Both the position numbers and the translations under genes were made by a program. Source: the human T2T-CHM13v2.0 reference genome, Homo sapiens. Taken from it: 64,000 bases of DNA. Below the pieces are notes generated by a model that had not been told where the DNA came from, did not search any database, and was given only the letters and a program-made list of their open reading frames with translations. Position 1 is the first letter of the stretch; each line of letters begins with the position of its first letter. The DNA lies in NCBI RefSeq assembly GCF_009914755.1, contig NC_060932.1, one strand, 5' to 3'. Below are positions 55,936 to 64,000 of this stretch, in pieces.

Positions 55936-58900
55936 AACATAGGAAATTGTACAGATAGTAACTGGTACTAATTGTTTAATGGCTCTTCTTTCTTATTTTT
56001 TAATGTAACTATTTTATTAGTGTAACATTTTTGTTAGTTTATTGAAAAATGACTTACAGGAGGTAGGACTCGATTATAATACAAGCAAGATACACAGCTT
56101 TCCATGGGGTATGACTTTGACCAGCCATTTCAACCTCCCAGTGTCAGATCTTCATCTATAAAGCATTATAATAAAACTTAATTTTCTGATCTAACAGGGT
56201 TTTTGAGAAAGGCAAAATAGATCTTGTCTATGAGTGCATTTTTTTTATAGCTCTCTGTCTGACCAAGGATCTTGTCTTTACCTGCCCTCAAGCTCCTCCC
56301 ACCTAAACAAATACAGCAGTGCTCTCTGTAAAAGTCCCTGACCAAAATCAGGAAATAAACTTAAAGATGCAGAACTCAAAATCTATTTAAAAGCAATGGA
56401 ACCTGCAGAAGGAAAATAAACAAACAAAAAATACATCCTCCGGCATATTGTGATATATTTTTTAAAAAGCAATTACCAGAAATGAATTTGCGTTCAGGAT
56501 GACTTCCTTCATTCAAAAATAAAATGATCCACAGCCAGCCCATGGAAACATGGGACACACATCCAGCTCCCAAAAGGCAATATGATTTTGCCCCCTACAT
56601 TATCCAGCTGTGATTGATGAGTGACATTAGGAGAAAAACATGTGGCTGAAAGTGCACATCAAAGGTTCAGTGGGCCAGGTGGCTGTATTTGTGTTTGACT
56701 ACATGTAGTTATTATGGTGAGTGGGTATGGGAGGGAAGAGAAGAGCAATGGTGCGAGGAGATGAAGACATAGGGACACGATAGCATTAATGTTGCTACAT
56801 GAGGGAGAAATTGCAAAATGATCCTGCTTAGCTATGCCACCCACCTTGCCACAAGCCTAGGGGCCAGCTGTTCTGTTTTATGTTACTTCATAGCAGCATT
56901 TGGCAGTCAACCTGTTATCCTCTTCTTTTGTGGTTGGCATTACTTACTATCTTGTTCAAGAGTTTGTTTATTGGAAATTGCAGGCATCAAAGTCAATTCC
57001 ATGGGAGCTTTGAATTCTAAGGGTGCCCAAGGTACAGTGTCAGAAATTCAATCTACTGTTCTCCAAGAACACTAAAAACACATATGGTTTTAGATGACTG
57101 GAGATAGGCTTATTTGTGGAAACTGCAAAGATACAGAAGTTGGCCAGAGGAGTAGCAATAGAAAGAATCAACATCTGCTTGCCTTAAAATAAAAAAGAAA
57201 TAAAATATTTGGCTAAGATATGAGAATTTGGTACTGATGTACAAGAAACTTTGTTAGATATTTCAAGAATATAGAATTACATACTATTCCCTAAATCAAA
57301 TCTCTATTGAGGACCTGATGGGTACAAGTTCTGGGAATACAGAGCTGAATAAAGCAGGGTCTTTGCTTTAAAGGAGCTCACCTTTTATTAAGAAGACAAA
57401 CATATACTCATAAACGCAAAAACATCTGGTGAGGACATTTGAACATGAAGATTCTGGATGAAGGGTGTCAGATGAACCTTTCTAAAAGACTTGACTTCTG
57501 ACCCATGTTTTCAGAGGAATAGTTTGCTAACACAACAAAGGGATATATATTTTCAGATATCTGTCACCTACTGGATATTGAGTTCTTACAATTTAAGGGC
57601 CATCTCGGGTAATCTTTATAAACCCAGGACTTAGTATATCCTGAAGACATGTAATCAGTGTCTTCACAATTGTTCCTGGAATTTTATTCTGTACCCCAGT
57701 TCTGGTAATTGAACCCCCCTGCCGCCCCCCCCCCCCCGCCACACACACACACATCATAGATTGATCTCTTTGAAAGATGAGAGTCTAAAACATTTATCCA
57801 TTAATACCAGAACATAGACTCTTCCACTTTCTCTTGTTTTTAGGCTTATTTCTTTTGGAGTGTAGAAGTCTTCAGGGCATGACAGAGAGATAGGCAAATC
57901 CTGCTTAAGGTGGGACCTCCCCGCTGGAAGTGAACCTGAATTGTCCCTAACAACCATGACTGAAACCAAAAGGTGGGCGAAGGGGATGTAGGCCAAGAGG
58001 ATGGGGGCATGTGCTACTAATTTTCTTGGGGAAAAATTATGTAGCATAAGTTCAGAAGGAACTGATCTTATTGGGATCAGCTTAGGTTTAGATATACTCA
58101 ATTGATGCATGTATTTGTTTAGGAGGGCTTTAGCTCTGTTTTTCTTCTGTAAAGCAAAAAGTTTGGCCTGACATGCTTACAGATAACATGCTTATGCTTC
58201 AGTATAAAGAAAAGTCAATTTCTATTAACCATTAAATTTCCCTTCTTCTCTGTACACATTTTACTTCAAAGCATTTGCTGACCTTTTTGTGATAAATGTA
58301 ATTCACTCTGAAACCCAAGGGTCAAGTGAGAAAGAGGAAAATCTGACATTTGGAATCACCATCCATTAGGCTCAATAAGGCCAGAGATCACCTTGAAAGG
58401 CAACATATGTCACCCCAAATTGATAGTGTTTTGACTCACAGTGAATGTTTGAGCAATTTTTTAAAAAGTTTTTTTTTCCCAACTACTTAGCAGCTGATAG
58501 TTTTGAAAGCATTGTTTCTTTAATATCCAAAATCAGACAGTACCTGAACTTGGGTAGCTAAAATTCTGTTGCATGTTGATATGATAATGCTTATCAGTAA
58601 ATGGCCCTCAAATTATCCTCTTTATTATTCTATCTGTACTTAGGGAGCATTGGATTCTAGACAAGCTATCATTTATTCTGTATGTGATTTTTATCAAGTC
58701 CTTTAAATTTTTGTTTTCCTTTTGTTTAAATTTTCAAATAGGAATTCTTTCAATAATTAGGTTTTGATCACCTACTATATCTAAGGCATTGAGTTAGGTA
58801 GTAAGGTATCAGCTGTGACAAAGATGGACAAGGGCTTACAATCTAATTGAGGAGATAAATAATAAATGATGCAATTTTGACAGGATGGTCCTGAGAATTA

Positions 58901-59420
58901 ACTGTGAATACGTGCAGGCAGAGTATCTGGTACATACATTGAAAGTCTGTGGTAAAGCCATGCTTCTTCTGTTTACAAGACGTGTGATCTGAGAAAAATA
59001 TTTTATCTTGTCTAGAAAAAGGAAAATGAGACTTTGATTCAACAAATATTTACTGAGGTTAAAAATTACATTTGAAATTCTGATAAGTGGTGGGGATATA
59101 ATATTAGGTAAAAGAGACACGACCACACCTTCTCTGGGCTTACATTGTTATTTATCTTCATGTTTATTTAAGGACTATATAAGAAAATGCATGCAAAAGT
59201 CTACTTAAAATTGTAAATCAGTGTAATTATTCAGCGAGTGTACAAGATATTGGATCATGTTTCCTGGAGTTTTATAACCTCCGTTTCATTATATTATGCT
59301 GTATATTCTTTTCAAATTCTTGCCTTTGCCTCTATGTGTAATAATAGCTTGTTTATTTGTCATGAAATGGTAATCAGTATTAACCTCCTCTTCTATACAA
59401 CCACACAGAAATGATGCTTT

Positions 59421-59685
59421 TTTATTTTATTTTTTTTGAGACGGAGTCTCTCTCTGTCCCCAGGCTGGAGTGCAGTGGCGCCATCTCGGCTCACTGCAAG
59501 CTCTGCCTCCCCAGTAGCTGGGACTACAGGCGCCCGCCACCATGCCCGGCTAATTTTTTGTATTTTTAGTAGAGACGGGGTTTCACCGTGTTTGCCAGGA
59601 TGGTCTCGATCTCCTGACCTCGTGATCAGCCCGCCTCGGCCTCCCAAAGTGCTGGAATTACAGGTGTTAGCCACCCCGGCCGGCC
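59421..59685 (-). mobile_element. AluY with 32-bp right-arm deletion
   Basis: CTGCAAGCTC, GGATGGTCTCGATCTCCTGACCTCGTG are Y diagnostics; 14-bp TSD AGAAATGATGCTTT (59407-59420, 59686-59699). Confidence 0.95.
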
Positions 59686-60504
59686 AGAAATGATGCTTTC
59701 TGAATGGATTCGTGATCCTGAGCACTGTTAGCTTACATGGGATTTTCAAACTTTCAAGGGAAGAGGGTATGATACAAGTATAGTTTTGGTGAGTGCTAAC
59801 TGCATTCTTTTTTTTACATTTGAGAGTTTTAAAATAGCTCAGTCTATGATTAAGTTGATTATTACAGAAAAAGAGAAGACAGGACAGGGTGAAAGAAGTT
59901 TGCAGTGACTATATATAGCAAGCACCTAGAACTAGGATGGCATAGGCACAGTCTTTCAAAGATCCTTGTCAACATCAGCAGAAAAACATGGGGCTGGTTT
60001 ACTACAAACCTGAACACAGTGTCAATATTCCCAACAGGGTGCTTGATGCAGCCACCCCCAATGCTGCAGATGTGGCACATGCCTTGAAATGTAATTATTG
60101 TCTCTGTCCTGGCTCAAGATTCTAACTTTGCAACAGAGGAGAGATCGTCTACAATCATTTATCAGTTCACGACAAAGAAAGCATTTCAACCCAAATCTAA
60201 CGCCCTTTTTGCATTTTTTTCTATTTTTGTTTTTCTCACCAAAACACCATGATCTTTAGTCACAACATACCACAGACTGCTTGTATTACATGTCACAATT
60301 TAAAAATAAAAATCAGAGCATCAGATGGTCCAACATCATAGCAATCGAGATATTGCCTCTTCATCTTTTCTTTCTCCTACATCCAACATTAATTAAAATG
60401 TTAACATCAAATTATAGATCACTGTTAGAATCATTGAATAACAAAACACTCAATCTGAATCACAGAAATTAAGATGATTTACACAGACTTCCTGATAAAC
60501 AATT

Positions 60505-60967
60505 GAAGCAGATGTCAGTGGTGCCCTGTCCATAACCTCTTACTATTTTTGTGAGGCCAGCCCAACTTCCAGCTGCCAGCACCTATAATTCTTTGCCAGT
60601 GGTCATTCTCTGGCTGCAGAACTTCTGTGTATGTGAGGGGTGGAGAGAACTCTTGGGGGAATAATGTGCCTGGGAGAAGCCCTCACTCAAATGATGAGTA
60701 GGAGTAGGGGGTTGGTACTCCAGCAGCTCCACTATGCTTTGGAGGTGTGTGTCCCCTGTTGACTCCCATGGTTCCCCAGCAGGACCAAGCTCTACATGAC
60801 AACAGCAGGTTTTGCTTTATCCTCAATATACCTTTCACTGGTGCCTTCCCTTCCCTGACTCACTCTCCGTTTCCCTGCTGGTGTGTCCTAAGACCACTTC
60901 CCAATGAACTATTTACATCATAGCCTTGTCTTAGAGTCTGCCCCTATAGAAACCAAACCAAGATAAA
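60505..60967 (+). mobile_element. LTR16-family solo LTR
   Basis: AGATGTCAGTGGTGCCCTGTCCATA..ACTTCCAGCTGCCAGCACCT..CCACTTCCCAATGAACTA..TGTCTTAGAGTCTGC. Confidence 0.7.
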
Positions 60968-62064
60968 AATGTATACATACAGGAAACTGAATGAATGTAT
61001 ACATGAGTTAATTTCTACTCTAGGGCTAAGGTTATTGCAGCAAACAAAGCAGATTAAATTCTTGCCTTTAGTGTGCTAAATAAATGTTTATGCTCTTCCC
61101 TGCTTAGCAGTTCTCTCAGCTGAAGGAAGCAAGAAAGACAAAGAAGAGGCGACTTTGGTTTTTACACTCCTGCCAAAAATTAAACAGGTATCAAAGAACG
61201 ATGCATAATGAGACCTTAGATTTTACACAGCAATGTAAAGTGTATAAAAGCTTTCACCTAGAATATCCTAAAAACAAATAGACAACCTCTTCAGATAGTT
61301 CGGGAAACTATCATTCTTACCATTTCACAGATGAGGAAATTGAGGTTTAGAGACATGATTGAGCAGATTAATTCTGCAGGCAAACATCATGGTCCATTAC
61401 AATTTATCCTTCTGCCTGTGTCAGAGTCTATGTCATTATAGCCTCTATGACAAGATCACAAAGGCAGTGCTGCAAATCAAATGATCACTTCCAGTAATCC
61501 TGGCTTGCTACTGAATTACAGTTTCCTCACCTTCTTTTGAAACAGGCAGATTAGGTCACTGCTGGGAAGAGCTACTTCCATGGCCCATTGATTTGCTTTC
61601 ATTGGGTATTTCTTTTCCTGGCAGAATAGTTTGTCGATGATATTAGGTAGATGCAACTTATCATGCATTACAGAAGTTTATAACTCTAGGGAGATGAATA
61701 AAAAGGAGAAAAATAGCTACTGCTTAAAATAAGAATCTCAGATGTTGGTGTGCTTGTTTAGGGAGAGGTTACCATGGAGATCAAGGCTTTGCAACACACT
61801 TTGCAGGATATAATGGCACAAGTCTTCGGCTGGAATAGGCCCTTATGCAACTCTTTTACCATCATTGTGCCACATGCTGACAACTCTATCTACAGATGGG
61901 CCAACCCATGTACCCCTACGCCACTCAAGTTCATTCCAGTTCATGGGGAAAATTTGTGTGTGATGGGAACCTGCCAATAACTCCACCCTATCATCACGTT
62001 CCAAATAGAAGTAAATGTTATTGACAATTTTTTTATTCCAAGAATAAGGAAAATAGCAACAATA

Positions 62065-62280
62065 ATAATAAAAGCAACTATTCATTTATCATATGCTCTA
62101 TGCAAGATATTGAGCTGTGCCACATACATTTATAGTATTTAATTTTCAAAGCTAGGAGCTGAGGTATGTATGTTTATCTCTGTTTTGCAGGCAAGACAAC
62201 TGAGGCTTAGAGACATGAAACAATGTGCTCACCACCACCCGGCACCTAATGGGAAGAGCATGGACTCAAACCATGGCCCA
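62065..62280 (-). mobile_element. MIR
   Basis: TCTGTTTTGCAGGCAAGACAACTGAGGCTTAGAGAC..GGACTCAAACC. Confidence 0.65.
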
Positions 62281-63809
62281 TGCTTTTTTTTTTTTTTCCC
62301 CAGGAATGCTTTATGTTTCTGCCTTCTCTGCCCCTCACCTTATTGACCCAGTCTATGGACGTGAGTTTCTTCAATCTCATAATAGTTCTTCATTGCCTTG
62401 CTGACTTTTCTCCTTTAAGCATCTCACTTTCCATTAGCACTGATACTTCACCCCAAGGCCGGCCCATTTGTTTGAACCATTGATACACACAACTGGATTA
62501 GTTTCCCAAACATCTCATTCCTCTTGGTTCAGTTCTGCATGTTCTTCTCTGTTTAGATAATAAGTCATAGTACCTCCTTTCTGACCAGACATACTAAAAT
62601 TAGGAGACATAGGTTCTAGGCTTTGTTGTCTCGCTAATAACTCTGAATAATTAAGCATGTCGAGGCTCCATTTATTGTGACAGACAGATATCTAGGTTGA
62701 TTTACTCTTGTACATAAGGGTAGCATAACCATATATTGAGCATTTAGTATGTACAGGAACTTTGAAAAAGAGAGGTAAACTTTACACATTACGGATAATC
62801 CAGCAAAAAGAGCAAAGCATTGTGAATGGAAAGCATTTGACTTAAGTTTACAGGATTGGAAATTCCATAGGTGGAGAGAAGGCGGACATGCAATCCAGCT
62901 GGAGGAAGCAATTTTGAACAAAGACAGAGAGAACACAGAATAAGAGCAGGTGGCAGAAAGTTGTGGAAAAGTCATAGAAGGTGATTTGTTGTTCAAGAGT
63001 GGGTGAAAACAGGAAACTCATTAAAACCCTTCATCTTATACGTGGGAAAACCTAAAGCCACTGGAAGATAACAGCTCATCCCCAAAACTCAAAACTGGCT
63101 AGTTTTAGGGATGTAAGTATACAAAGTCCAACAACTGCCTTTGCTGAATTGACTAGTTCATCCTTATAAAATGATTAATCCAATAAGCTCTTAGGGTAAC
63201 AATTAAGCTGGATGTGCTCAAAAGATTTCAAATCATCCAAGAAAACATGACTGGTAGTGAACACAAGTATAGACATAAAGAAGTGAGGGAAAAGAAGGCA
63301 CGCAGGTATTTCTGTGATTACCTTGGTTAGCAACATGACTCATTTAATGTATTGGTTGGTCGGAATTAGAACCCACCTTTCTAAATAAGCTCACTGGTAT
63401 GTAATTTGCTTTCCACAACTTCTGACTAGCTATACAACAAGAAGAGAAAACTGAGCAATAACCCAAGGAATTCTTAAGACTAATTTATATAAATTGGCTT
63501 TTGTTCTTTTTAGTAACCAAAGTTAATGATACTACTCTAGCTGCTCCAAATCCCCTGTTTTTTATACTATTTTGCAGCAGGGAGGCTTTGTTTTTGGTGG
63601 GTTAGGAATGCTTTGAGAATCTCAGAAAATCTTTAGCTCCTACATGTCGTTAGTATCCAAACCCAGAAAAAAAATATATACTTGTGTGCATACACACAAT
63701 ATATCTAATTTTATTCCATATTTTTGGTACCTTCAAAGCATGTGCAACCATAAATACAATTGGGATTTATAAACTCTTGTAAAGAAATCTGTTTTATACT
63801 TCACAAAAC

Positions 63810-63960
63810 AAGTTCACAAATATTCATGTAAAATTTACACCTCAGTTATGGAGATAAAGAAATTGAGATATGCAAAGGTAAAAATGGGCTTCCCTCATTC
63901 ACACAGCTGGCCCTTGGAGGAGCAAGACATGGTTCCAGAACTTTTAGTCTTGATGCATTG
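63810..63960 (-). mobile_element. MIR fragment
   Basis: GATAAAGAAATTGAGATATGCAAAGG..CACACAGCTGG. Confidence 0.5.
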
Positions 63961-64000
63961 CACTGCATTTTTGTATACATCATGTGTGCTATTCCTTGGA

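Noticed and set aside
56560-57075. GC-richer segment that may be an old LTR or DNA-transposon remnant
   Set aside because: I could not assign termini or family from sequence alone

Overview
This is a gene-poor, AT-rich, repeat-dense primate genomic window. It is most likely human, because it carries an AluYg6-type element. I can support no host protein-coding gene, tRNA, rRNA or CRISPR array. The ORFs with recognisable homology are chance reads through Alu, L1, MaLR or ERV-L repeats and microsatellites. Contents: about 12 Alus (J, S and Y lineages); a 5'-complete but internally deleted L1PA7/8-like element; two 5'-inverted (twin-primed) L1s; old L1M, L2 and MIR fragments; a solo HERV-W LTR (LTR17); an LTR18-family LTR; four THE1/MST LTRs; several MLT1 and LTR16 LTRs; a degraded ERV-L provirus (PR-RT-RH/IN-dUTPase remnants); and nested Tigger MITEs. 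I did not find a convincing undescribed biological system. The best leads are structural or regulatory: a mosaic AluY/AluS, a recurrent 32-bp Alu deletion, hairpin-templated mutations including a palindrome-seeded 30-bp minisatellite, a candidate CTCF site and Z-DNA tract in apparently unique sequence, and LTR promoters. Subfamily names come from remembered consensus sequences and need RepeatMasker/Dfam confirmation. Boundaries of old elements are approximate.
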